The notes under the pieces were generated by a model, which was not told the DNA's origin, did not search any database, and saw only the letters and a program-made list of their open reading frames with translations. From assembly GCA_963781885.1 (NCBI GenBank), contig CAWAHW010000001.1:448001-512000 (forward strand): a DNA stretch of 64,000 nt, in the 5' to 3' direction. Source of the DNA: an uncultured Spirochaetota bacterium (GTDB taxonomy: Bacteria; Spirochaetota; Spirochaetia; SZUA-6; Fen-1364). Positions within the stretch are counted from its first letter, which is position 1. Each line of letters begins with the position of its first letter. The translations under genes were made by a program, and so were the position numbers. Below are positions 31,581 through 40,580 of the stretch, one piece after another.

Positions 31581-32002
31581 AGTCCCACTGTAACCGATCG
31601 TGCCCGTTCGATCAGCGCCTCAGTCTGTTCCTTCATGCCTGCGGCAATTCCGCGGACGACCAGCTTGTTCCAGAGGGCGGCCAGCGGACCCCGGATACGC
31701 ATGATCGTGATGACGTCCGTGCCTCCCTCAGCGAGGGGAAGGAAGCGGTGCTCGCCTTCCAGGACAGCCAGCGGAAAGGTCGTGCGGTCGGTCCACAGCC
31801 GCCCCTCCTCCCAGGCGGCCACGCGGATCGTGACGGCCTTCCCACCCCGGGGCTTGAGCGAGAATATCCTCCGGTCCCGGTCGACCCAGTGTGTTTCTTC
31901 CAGGCCCTTGTCCCAGAGATTCCAGTGCTCAAGGTCGTTGAAAGCAGCCCAGAGGCGATCCGCTGCAACGCCGGTCCGAAGCTCATGACGGTATGTCTTC
32001 AT
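31577..32002 (-). CDS. SRPBCC/polyketide-cyclase-like protein
   Basis: LWAAFNDLEHWNLWD..GPLAALW. ATGA overlaps on both sides. Confidence 0.85.
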   Translation of the reverse strand: MKTYRHELRTGVAADRLWAAFNDLEHWNLWDKGLEETHWVDRDRRIFSLKPRGGKAVTIRVAAWEEGRLWTDRTTFPLAVLEGEHRFLPLAEGGTDVITIMRIRGPLAALWNKLVVRGIAAGMKEQTEALIERARSVTVGL

Positions 32003-32439
32003 GACCGTACCCCCATGGCCTTCGAGATGAAGCGAAAGTCGGTTTCCGTGATTTCGAGGAAGCCGAAACGAAACGGCGCCGCCCAGCGGGTCTTGTTGCC
32101 GATGAATGACAGGCTTTCGATCAGGGGGTGGATGTCGGCCTCTTGCGCCTTCTCCCAGGCAACGCGACGACGCCAGGGGGAGAAGCCGGGAGCCTGGTTC
32201 ACCTGGACGGGTGCCTCGTTCACGACCGTGCCCAGCGCGGTGAACCGCTGGCAGGGCGTCGCCTCCCCGTAGACTTCCTTGCCCGAGTAATAGATCAGGC
32301 CGTCGCCGGCTTTCAGTCGGCGGGCGGGCCCTTGCTTGCCATGATTGAACTGGGCGAATCCGCCTTCGACCCCGAAGCGAACGTGCTCCCTCGACGCGAC
32401 ACCGATCCAGTAACGACGGCCCTTGTCTTGTTGTGTCAT
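31999..32439 (-). CDS. EVE domain protein
   Basis: YWIGVASREHV..HGKQGP..GDGLIYYS..FTALG..FRFGFLEI..DF..I..AM. Confidence 0.9.
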   Translation of the reverse strand: MTQQDKGRRYWIGVASREHVRFGVEGGFAQFNHGKQGPARRLKAGDGLIYYSGKEVYGEATPCQRFTALGTVVNEAPVQVNQAPGFSPWRRRVAWEKAQEADIHPLIESLSFIGNKTRWAAPFRFGFLEITETDFRFISKAMGVRS

Positions 32440-32460
32440 GATGTCCCTCCGCAAAGGAAG

Positions 32461-32496
32461 GTAAGCATGCTTAGCGAAAAAGGCAAGTGCGCTTAC
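32461..32496. promoter_or_regulatory. Tandem palindromic operators (putative MarR sites)
   Basis: GTAAGCATGCTTAG (32461-32474) and GCAAGTGCGCTTAC (32483-32496), 22 bp apart, directly upstream of the EVE gene. Confidence 0.6.
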
Positions 32497-32545
32497 TATT
32501 TATGTTCCGGGCTGCGCGCCGCGGCGCGCGTGCGGTGGCACGAGC

Positions 32546-33028
32546 TCATTCCGCGGCCGAAAGCCGCGCGATTCCTTCAAGAATCGTTTCAATTGCGTCG
32601 GCAAAGCGCTTTTTTTCCGGCATCCCCAAGCGATCCAGGGCGCCGCAGACGAGCTCGGTTCGCCGCTCGATTTCTGCGTTCAACCGGGCATTGCCCGCGG
32701 CGGTGAGCTCATAGCTCACGTTCCTCCTGTCGTCGGGGTTTCCCTCACGTGAGGCGAACCCCTCTTCGACCATGCGGTTGAGCATGATGCAGAGGGCCGA
32801 CGAAGAAAGCCCGTCATGCGCGGCAAGCGTCTTGAGGTAGCCCTTCCCGTGGTAGCGGAGCGTGAGAAGGGTCCGAAATCTCTCTTCGCTCATGCCGCCG
32901 CCCGCCGGAGGCGGAAGCTGCTCCCGGACGTAACGCTTCATAGCTCCCAGCAGCTCGAGAAACCGGCCTGCCACCTCACGGTCGAGCGCTCCTGCTTCAG
33001 GGGACGGTCGTGCAGTGGCTTTGTTCAT
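32546..33028 (-). CDS. MarR-family regulator
   Basis: MNKAT.. start overlaps the MFS stop. LSSSAL..LNRMVEEG..DDRRNV..LT. Confidence 0.85.
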   Translation of the reverse strand: MNKATARPSPEAGALDREVAGRFLELLGAMKRYVREQLPPPAGGGMSEERFRTLLTLRYHGKGYLKTLAAHDGLSSSALCIMLNRMVEEGFASREGNPDDRRNVSYELTAAGNARLNAEIERRTELVCGALDRLGMPEKKRFADAIETILEGIARLSAAE

Positions 33029-34518
33029 TCGCCGCCCGCTCCACTCTGACGCGAGGGCTCGGCGGTCGATCCCCGGTTTTCTTTTCCACGCACCAGGGAG
33101 AAACATGCCGCGACCAGGCAGAGCACGAGGGAAACGAGAAACGTGTTGCGGATCCCGGCGACGAATGCCTGCATCGTCGCGGAGCCAAGCGTGACGTTCG
33201 TGCCGACGAAGAGCTGCATCATTGCATCCCGTGGGAGGCTGCCAGCGGCAACCGCGAGGGCCAGGGCGAAGCTTGTCACCATGCCCGTCTGCCGCAGCGT
33301 CGCGAGCGTCGCCGATGCAATGCCCAGCCGTTGTCGCGGGGCTCCATTCATCGCGGCGCTCGTGTTGGGGGAAAAGAAAAGCCCGCCGCCCAGCCCGACC
33401 AGCACCAGCCCGAAAGCGATGGAGCCGTAGCTGGAGGTCGGCGTCAGCCGCAGCACGAACCACACGAGCGCCCCCGCCTGGAGCAGCAGACCCGCCGTGG
33501 CGGGGATCCGCGCGCCGATGCGGTCGGCCAGGAGCCCGCTCAACGGCCCGGTGACCGCGCTCATGACGGAAAGGGGAATGAGGAAGAGGGCAGCGGTGAG
33601 CGGGCTGTAGCCGCGCACTCCCTGGAAATAGAAGACGATGAGGAAGTTCACGGCGAACATCGCCAGGGACTGCAGCAACGCCGATACGACCGAAAAGCTG
33701 TAGACGCGGTTGCTGAACAGGCCGAGATCGAGCACGGGGTTCGCGACGCGCCGCTCCCGCCGGAGAAATATGGCGAGCATCAGGACGAAAAGAGCGAACA
33801 GGGAGAGGATGGGGAGCGAGGTCCAGCTCATCTGGATGCCGAGCGTGAGAGCAAAGAGGATCGCGATGAGTCCAAGGCTGAACATTCCCGCGCCGATGAG
33901 ATCGAAGCTTTCCGTCCTGCTGCGCGCGGACATCTCCTTCAGCGCCAGGAAACCCCACACGGTGCCGAGGATGCCGATGGGCACGTTGATGAAAAAGATC
34001 CATCGCCAGTTCGCGGCGGCCAGAATCAGGCCGCCGAGGAGGGGACCGGCGATGCCGCCCAGCGCCCAGGTGATGCCGTTGATTCCCAACGCCCTTCCCC
34101 GTTGATGGGGCGGGAACACCTCGGCGATGATGGCGGGGCTGTTCACCATCATGAAGGCGGCCCCGCCGCCCTGTACGATACGGAAGATGATGAGCTGCGT
34201 TGCGCTCTGCGAGATGCCGCACAGCGCGGAGCCCACCGTGAATATGATGAAGCCGAGATTGTACATCCGCACGCGTCCGAACATGTCCGCGATGCGTCCG
34301 AATGTCAGGAGACAGACCGTGCTCATGAGGATGTAGGCCATGATGACCCACACCATCTCGACCAGCCCCGCGTGCAGCTTCACCATCATGTCCGGCAGGG
34401 CGAGGGTCACGATGGTGCCGTCGATCGCCGCCATGAGGGCGCCGATGGTCGTCACGCTGAGGGCGATCCACTTGTAGTCGATCCGCCGATGCGAAGAAAG
34501 GGTAACCGGTGCGTGCAT
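33025..34518 (-). CDS. DHA2 (EmrB/QacA-like) MFS efflux transporter
   Basis: DGTIVTLALP, GRIADMFGRVR, WRWIFFINVPIG, about 14 TM. Confidence 0.93.
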   Translation of the reverse strand: MHAPVTLSSHRRIDYKWIALSVTTIGALMAAIDGTIVTLALPDMMVKLHAGLVEMVWVIMAYILMSTVCLLTFGRIADMFGRVRMYNLGFIIFTVGSALCGISQSATQLIIFRIVQGGGAAFMMVNSPAIIAEVFPPHQRGRALGINGITWALGGIAGPLLGGLILAAANWRWIFFINVPIGILGTVWGFLALKEMSARSRTESFDLIGAGMFSLGLIAILFALTLGIQMSWTSLPILSLFALFVLMLAIFLRRERRVANPVLDLGLFSNRVYSFSVVSALLQSLAMFAVNFLIVFYFQGVRGYSPLTAALFLIPLSVMSAVTGPLSGLLADRIGARIPATAGLLLQAGALVWFVLRLTPTSSYGSIAFGLVLVGLGGGLFFSPNTSAAMNGAPRQRLGIASATLATLRQTGMVTSFALALAVAAGSLPRDAMMQLFVGTNVTLGSATMQAFVAGIRNTFLVSLVLCLVAACFSLVRGKENRGSTAEPSRQSGAGGE

Positions 34519-34656
34519 GGAACCTTCCGTCAGACGTCGCGGGCCGCGCCCGCGCGAATCGTTCTATTGTAAAATCGTTTTACTACAAAACATTATGCCG
34601 CGTCAAGGACCGGTGATGTCTCGCTATCCGGGCCCGCCACCCCGGCGTGGGAGACA

Positions 34657-35412
34657 TCAGGCAGGGACGCGCGAGCGCAGCGTACCGTCCAGCAGCTCCA
34701 TGAGCTTTGCAAATCCGCGCTCCGCCTGCTGCGGGTGATATACCTTGCCGCCTGGCACCATCCATCCGTGGAGCGCGCCGTCGTACGTTTCACTCTCGAA
34801 CAAGCCGCCCCAGGCGCGAAGCGCGGCGTCCAGTTTCTCCACGGCCTCGGCCGGCATGCTGCGGTCTTGCGTAGCGTGCCCGAAGTAGAGGCGCGCTTTC
34901 ACCGCGGGCAGCACGAGATGCGGGCTCTGGTCGCCGTCGATGGCAAGGCGCCCGCCATGGAACGACGCTGCCGCGACGATCTTATCCGGCCGTGCAGCCG
35001 CGGTCCGCAGCGCGAACTGGCCGGCGAAGCAGAAGCCGACGACGCCCATCGGCCCGCGGCTGACGCGCGGCTGCGCGGCGAGGTAGTCGACGTACGCGGC
35101 GCCGTCCTGCGCCATCGCCTCCGGCGTGAGCGGGGTCGTGAGCTCCCGGAAACGGCTCATCGTCCGCTCGCTCGTGAAGTCCGCGTCGGAATCGAAGGCC
35201 GGCGGCCTGGTCGTGCGGTAGAAGATGTTGGGCGTGAGAACGACATAGCCGGCCTCCGCGATGCGTTTCGACAGCTCCACATGCGCCGGGCGGAATCCAA
35301 GCCCGTCGGTGAGCTGGATGATGCCGGGCAGCGCTTCCGCCGTGTCGGGCCCCACTATTAGCGCATCGATCGTCCCGGCAGCGGTGGGTATCTCAACCTG
35401 GTTCGTGAACAT
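34657..35412 (-). CDS. Dienelactone hydrolase family protein
   Basis: GFCFAG nucleophile, ASFHGG, YDGALHGW. Confidence 0.92.
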   Translation of the reverse strand: MFTNQVEIPTAAGTIDALIVGPDTAEALPGIIQLTDGLGFRPAHVELSKRIAEAGYVVLTPNIFYRTTRPPAFDSDADFTSERTMSRFRELTTPLTPEAMAQDGAAYVDYLAAQPRVSRGPMGVVGFCFAGQFALRTAAARPDKIVAAASFHGGRLAIDGDQSPHLVLPAVKARLYFGHATQDRSMPAEAVEKLDAALRAWGGLFESETYDGALHGWMVPGGKVYHPQQAERGFAKLMELLDGTLRSRVPA

Positions 35413-35567
35413 GCGGCCTCCATCTCTGGAACCCGGGGCAAGGAGAATGCAAATTGCCCGCCTGGGGTCCTTGCCGAATAATAATATAGAAAAAGACCTG
35501 CGACCAGGGGAGGCTCACAATGGGCATTCGCGTGCGGGAGGAAGGGCGTGGCCGTGAAATATTTTTA

Positions 35568-35595
35568 TTGCAATACTGGTGTTTTTGTATATAAT
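35568..35595 (+). promoter_or_regulatory. sigma70-type promoter of the SBP-peptide-rSAM unit
   Basis: TTGCAA-16 nt-TATAAT in an AT-rich patch. Confidence 0.55.
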
Positions 35596-35619
35596 GGAGA
35601 AACAACTTTGTCCATCTGT

Positions 35620-37205
35620 ATGGAGAGGCGGCGTTCTTTGAGGTGGCTGCTCCTTCTGGCCATTCTTGCAATCCTGGCGGTCCCTGTTTTTGCCGACGGC
35701 AATCCGTACGGCGGAACAATTGTATTTGCCTACTACGATGAGCCGACGAAGCTCAATCCGCTTTATGCCGCGAGAGGGATATGCGGCAGCAATTGCCAAC
35801 TTTTTTACGGATGGGCTTATCACATTCAATGCGGCCAAAGAGGTCGTTCCAGACCTTGCTGAAAGCTGGGATGTCTCTCCTGACGGCCTTACATGGACAT
35901 TTCATCTCAGGAAAGGTGTCAAGTTTTCAGACGGGACCGAGATGACTGCCGACGACGTGCAGTTTACTTATGAACAGGGAACCAGTCCCAAGTATGGCAA
36001 TCCGTATTCCGATTTCTTGCAGGTCGTGAGAGGATTCAAGGCAGAAGGAAAGTACACTTTCAAGGTTTTTTCAAAGAGCCCCTACGGAGCCCTTCCAACG
36101 ATAATGAGCAGACCGATTGTTCCCAAGCACTGTTTCCTGAACGAGGCCACTGAAAAAGAGTACGACAAACACCGTGTCGGAACTGGCCCGTTCAAACTGA
36201 CGGAATGGAGGTCTGGGCAATTAACCTTTGATGCAAATCTCGATTATTTTCTGGGTCGGCCCCATCTGGACAGGGTTGTTTTCAAGCTTTTCCCCGATAA
36301 TAAAGTTGCATGGGCTTCGCTGTTGCGCGGGGAAGCCGACTATGTGCCGGAGATTGATTACGAGGATTACGCGGTAATAAAAGACGACCCACGTTTCTCT
36401 GCCTATGGGTATCTCGACGATTTTTGTTGCTCACTTTTCTTCAATAACAAAGATCCTCTTTTGTCGAATCGAAAGATTCGACAGGCCATTTCGATGGCAA
36501 TCGACAGGAAGGACCTTATTGACAAAGTACTTCAGGGTGGGGGCCTTGCCGCAAACGGTCCCTTCAAGCCGGGTACCTGGCCCTACAACCCGGATCCTGC
36601 GCTCCAGGCCTACAACCCGGCATTAGCAATGAAGATATTCGCCGATCTCGGATGGAAAAATAAAAACAACGAATGGGTACTGGAGCAAAGCGGCCAGGAG
36701 CTGAAATTCAAGGTTGCCATTTTTTCCGGGAGCAGCTCCGAAGAAATGACAGCCAAGAGGCTGCAATGGCAGCTCCTCTTGCGGGGATAAAAATGGAGAT
36801 AGAGGAAATGTCTCTCCAGGACCTCTTTAAGAAGACATCGCAACCCGGCTCTTTCCAGGCAATGCTTATTCCGTTCAACACATACCCAGATCCCGATACT
36901 TGCGCACGAAGTTTCTGGTATTCCGGCACATGAAAATCCCAGGGAATCTTCGCCTCTTACAGCAACCCTGCCGTCAACAGGCTGATCGATTTGGGCGGAC
37001 TCCTCTGATTTCAACACACGAAAAGGAATTTACCAGAAAATCCACAGCATGATTGCCCAGGATGCTCCAGCCGCATTTCTGTATTTCAACAAGAGATACA
37101 CGGCGACATCCGCGCGATTGCACGTGCCTGGCTTTGCTGAACATTTCGCAGTTAGCTGGTTATGTGCAGGACTGGTATGTGACAGATTCCAAGGAAAGGA
37201 GGTGA
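35620..37205 (+). pseudogene. Family-5 (peptide/nickel) ABC substrate-binding protein with multiple frameshifts
   Basis: Signal peptide. VPDLAESWDVSPDGLTWTFHLRKGVKFSDG, GTGPFKL, RQAISMAIDR. Frame breaks near 35770, 36780, 36930-37010 and 37130. Ends GYVQDWYVTDSKERR*. The breaks may be sequencing errors. Confidence 0.85.
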
Positions 37206-37210
37206 GGCAA

Positions 37211-37306
37211 ATGATTATCGAAATCGTCGAAGAGGGCTACTAGGAACTGGATGAGATGGGACCCATGATGTGCTGCGGTCTTGTCGTCGGTTCCACGGGT
37301 CGTTAA
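37211..37306 (+). CDS. Putative RiPP precursor peptide MIIEIVEEGY(TAG)ELDEMGPMMCCGLVVGSTGR
   Basis: Very strong SD AAGGAGGTG. Acidic leader plus Cys-Cys/Gly-rich core, immediately upstream of the rSAM/SPASM gene. In-frame TAG at 37241-37243. Confidence 0.75.
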
Positions 37307-37317
37307 GACATGATGCA

Positions 37318-37343
37318 GGGGAAAGGGCGAAAGCCTTTTCCCC
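37318..37343 (+). terminator. Stem-loop between precursor and maturase genes
   Basis: GGGGAAAGGGC-GAAA-GCCTTTTCCCC forms an 11-bp stem (one G-U) with a GNRA loop and no U tract. Confidence 0.65.
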
Positions 37344-37354
37344 GGAAAGATCAC

Positions 37355-38689
37355 ATGATCCCTTCACGATTCAATGTCACCGTCCCTGATTTTCCCGGGA
37401 GCGGCAAGTATCTGCTCTACAACACGGTCACGCAGGCCCAGGTCGTCATTGATGACGCGCTGAGGGCAATACTCGGGGAGCTCCCGACCTTGCCGGAGAA
37501 GGAAGAGGCCCGGACCGCGGTCGCCCAACTCCAGCGAATGGGCTTTCTTGCCGCCTCGGAAAGCGACGATACCGCGGCGCTGGAGAACCTCTTCAAGAAG
37601 GTATGGGATGACCATTCGGTCATTCGCGCCACGGTCCTGATGACATACTCCTGCAACTTCCGCTGCGTGTACTGCGTTGAAGAAGGAGTCAAGGAGCCGG
37701 TCTTCATGGATGAGAAGACGGCCTTGGAAGCGGTCGAATACATAGAAGGCAAGCTCAAGGAGTATGGCGCAAGGAAGATCGACGTTTACTTCTACGGCGG
37801 CGAGCCCCTCCTGAACGTGCCCGCCATCCGCACCATGGCTCGGGGCTTGAGCGATTTCTGCCGCGCCAACAATGTGCCCTTCACTTTCGGTTTCAACACC
37901 AATGGCGCCCTTCTGACTTCCGAGCTCATCGCGGAGCTCATGCCGCTGGGCCTGAGCTGGGCGAGGATCACAATCGACGGCCCGAAGGAAAGCCACGACA
38001 GGTATCGGCCCTTCAAGAACGGTAAAGGGAGCTTCGACACCGTCACGGCAAGGCTCACCGAGGCATGCACCCTCATGCCCGTGGACGTCAACATCAACTA
38101 CGACCAGTCGAATGTCGGAAAGGTGCCGGCCTTGCTTTCTTACCTGCAGGATGTCGGCCTTGCCGCAAAAATCGGCAAGGTAACCTTCACGCCCATCACC
38201 CCGACCCCGAAGGACCGGGAAGGGCTCCGGCCCGCAACGGAGATGGACCGCGCCATGATGACGGTGGAAACCGCCGGGCAGTTGATCGAGCTTTCACGCG
38301 CGGCGCTGGACAAGGGCTACAAGGTCGACGTGGGGGTGCAGGCCCGCGCCTGCGAGATGGTCCTTCGGCGCACGAGCTTCATCATCGACCCCCGGGGAGA
38401 CCTCTATGGGTGCAGCGCGTTGGCGGGGCGCAAGGAATTCCGGCTTGGGAATTTCCGCGGCGAGCAGAAGGACCCCTTCAAGGGCCTGGAGCTCTGGAGG
38501 CGGTGCGCGGGCTGCGTCTATGCGCCTCTCTGCGGCGACGGCTGTCCCTTTGGCGCGTACATCCGCTACGGCGATCCTCTTGCGCTGAATTGCATGAAGG
38601 AGACGATGGATTACTTTGTGAGGGAGAGTCTGAAGCTGAGCTACCTGAACAAGAAGAAGGCGAAAGCAGAAGCCGCCCGCGTCCCCTGA
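37355..38689 (+). CDS. Radical SAM/SPASM peptide maturase
   Basis: N-terminal RRE-like YLLYNTVT..LQRMGFL, CNFRCVYC, YGGEPLL, ITIDG, SPASM C..DPRGDLYGC..CAGCVYAPLCGDGCP..C. Confidence 0.92.
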   Translation: MIPSRFNVTVPDFPGSGKYLLYNTVTQAQVVIDDALRAILGELPTLPEKEEARTAVAQLQRMGFLAASESDDTAALENLFKKVWDDHSVIRATVLMTYSCNFRCVYCVEEGVKEPVFMDEKTALEAVEYIEGKLKEYGARKIDVYFYGGEPLLNVPAIRTMARGLSDFCRANNVPFTFGFNTNGALLTSELIAELMPLGLSWARITIDGPKESHDRYRPFKNGKGSFDTVTARLTEACTLMPVDVNINYDQSNVGKVPALLSYLQDVGLAAKIGKVTFTPITPTPKDREGLRPATEMDRAMMTVETAGQLIELSRAALDKGYKVDVGVQARACEMVLRRTSFIIDPRGDLYGCSALAGRKEFRLGNFRGEQKDPFKGLELWRRCAGCVYAPLCGDGCPFGAYIRYGDPLALNCMKETMDYFVRESLKLSYLNKKKAKAEAARVP

Positions 38690-39031
38690 ACTGTTTTCGC
38701 CGCAGCAAAACTCTGCAAAGGGTGCGGCAACGGATTCGCCGTCATCCCGATCAAGCTTCGCCTGGGAATATTCGGGGAGCAATCGGATTTCGGGATCGGG
38801 CTGGCGTCCGGCATCGAGTACTACGCCCTTCCGCTGTTCTTCGATTCCAATGACAACATCGTGCTTTCCGGCGACCCTTCGCTTGCAGGCTTTTTCCTCA
38901 CCCTGAAGGCGCTCGTGGAGCTCGACTACTGGGGCGGCAGGCTCACGCCCTGGGTGATGGGCGGCGCAACGCTGATCGGCACGATTGGCGGTGACGGGGG
39001 CGGCGACACCTACTATTACTACTACTACTGA
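38690..39031 (+). pseudogene. Start-less reading frame, beta-strand rich, ending in six Tyr
   Basis: 113 open codons in the rSAM frame after its TGA: ..FAVIPIKLRLGIF..IGLASGIEYY..LTLKALVELDYW..GGGDTYYYYYY*. Confidence 0.5.
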
Positions 39032-39064
39032 GACCGTGGCTTTGAACGACCCGCGTCGAATCGA

Positions 39065-39769
39065 TCAGCGACCGTGCGCGCTGTAGCTCTGCAGCTCCCA
39101 TCGCTGCAGCGGTGAGCCCGGACCGCCGGAGGGGCTTTCGGATTTCACGAGGAAGTGGGGAACGTCCGCGGAAAACCAGTATGACGACTTGCCCATGAGC
39201 GATCCCATGAATCCGCCGATCCCCAGCTGCACCTTCCAGCAGTCGTAGCTTCTCCCGCCGGCCGTGACCGTCTCCCGTGCCGCGACCGTGAGCTTCGGTG
39301 AGAATTGAAAGCCCCGGCCGCCGGCGCCAAGGAAAAGGATGTTCGCCGAGGTGAATGTGCCCCAGGGAAGGCCGCGCAGGGTGATGGGAAGAGAATTGAA
39401 ATCCGCGATGACGACTTCATTCGCCTTCGGTTGGGCCGTCATCCTGAGGATTTCCGTCGTCCGCTTGATGAGAGAGTCCACGCTGTGCGACGTGACCTCG
39501 GAGGACCGGGGAAAGAGGGTGGTCGGATCCAGGCGCATCACGATGTCGGATTCGGGCGAGCTCGACCGGAACTCGTACCAGGAATCGCCCTTCGCCGTCT
39601 TTAGGCTCAGGCTCTGCGTCACCGTCCATGCGTCGCCGCCGATGCTCTCCGTGTAGACGAGGCTTTCTTCCTGCGGCAGCGATGGGTTTCTGATGACGAT
39701 CTGGGCGCAGAGGGGAGGTGCCCCCAGCGCAACGGCGAAGAGAATCGCAAGGAGCGCTTCGCGCTGCAT
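39065..39769 (-). CDS. Secreted beta-rich hypothetical protein (DUF3108-like)
   Basis: Signal peptide. ETVTAGGRSYDCWKV..YWFSADVPHFLVK pattern. Confidence 0.7.
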   Translation of the reverse strand: MQREALLAILFAVALGAPPLCAQIVIRNPSLPQEESLVYTESIGGDAWTVTQSLSLKTAKGDSWYEFRSSSPESDIVMRLDPTTLFPRSSEVTSHSVDSLIKRTTEILRMTAQPKANEVVIADFNSLPITLRGLPWGTFTSANILFLGAGGRGFQFSPKLTVAARETVTAGGRSYDCWKVQLGIGGFMGSLMGKSSYWFSADVPHFLVKSESPSGGPGSPLQRWELQSYSAHGR

Positions 39770-39868
39770 GGAGCAAAGTATACCTCTGAACGTCCGCACG
39801 GTTCATGAAAAGTAATAACAAATCACCGGGCGCGCTACATTTCCGTCGCAGCCGCCTGTATAATCGGT

Positions 39869-40576
39869 ATGAGCGCGGAAGAAGCGGTGGCGAACAACCG
39901 GGTCATCATCATAGAAGACGATATCGAGCTCGGCGATCTTGTGCGCATCTATGTCGCGCGCGAGGGGGTGGAGGCGTCGCTCTGCGGCAGCGCGGAGTCG
40001 GGGCTCGCCCTTTTCCGCAGCATCGGGGCTGACCTGATCGTGCTGGATATCAACCTGCCGGGCATGGACGGCTTCGCGTTTCTTCGGACGCTGCGCAGGG
40101 AGAGTGCCGTTCCCGTCATCATCATCTCCGCCCGGGAATCCGACGAGGACATCGTCATGGGTCTCGGGATCGGCGCCGACGAGTTCGTGACCAAGCCGTT
40201 CGTCCCGCGCGTGCTCGTGGCGCGCATCAGCGCGATGCTCCGGCGAAACGGCGCCATGAAGCCGAAGACGATCGGCTTCGATTCCTACGTCCTTGACTAT
40301 GAGGGGTACACCCTCACGCGGGACGGTCGACGGGTCGTTCTCTCCACCCGGGAGTTCGAGCTCCTGCGCCATTTGCTTTCCCACCCCGGCGTCGCCATGA
40401 CACCGGAGGAGATTTATCGCGACGTGTGGGGATCGCACTATGGAGACCTCACCGCGGTTGCCGTCTACGTGCGGCGTCTGCGGTTGAAGATCGAGGAGGA
40501 GCCCGCCAATCCGCGCTACCTCCAGACCATCCACGGCCGCGGGTATCGTTTCAATCCGGACGTCGTGAAGGGGTAG
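39869..40576 (+). CDS. OmpR-family response regulator
   Basis: IIEDD, LDINLPGMDG, KPF, LSTREFELL, IHGRGYRF. Confidence 0.95.
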   Translation: MSAEEAVANNRVIIIEDDIELGDLVRIYVAREGVEASLCGSAESGLALFRSIGADLIVLDINLPGMDGFAFLRTLRRESAVPVIIISARESDEDIVMGLGIGADEFVTKPFVPRVLVARISAMLRRNGAMKPKTIGFDSYVLDYEGYTLTRDGRRVVLSTREFELLRHLLSHPGVAMTPEEIYRDVWGSHYGDLTAVAVYVRRLRLKIEEEPANPRYLQTIHGRGYRFNPDVVKG

Positions 40577-40580
40577 GGCG

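Noticed and set aside
32546-34471. 641-aa ORF suggesting a long MarR fusion
   Set aside because: The N-terminal part is an alternative frame of the MFS gene. The real MarR starts at 33028.
36931-36933. In-frame TGA in the SBP as possible selenocysteine
   Set aside because: It lies in a cluster of indel lesions, is not at a plausible Cys position, and I saw no SECIS-like hairpin.
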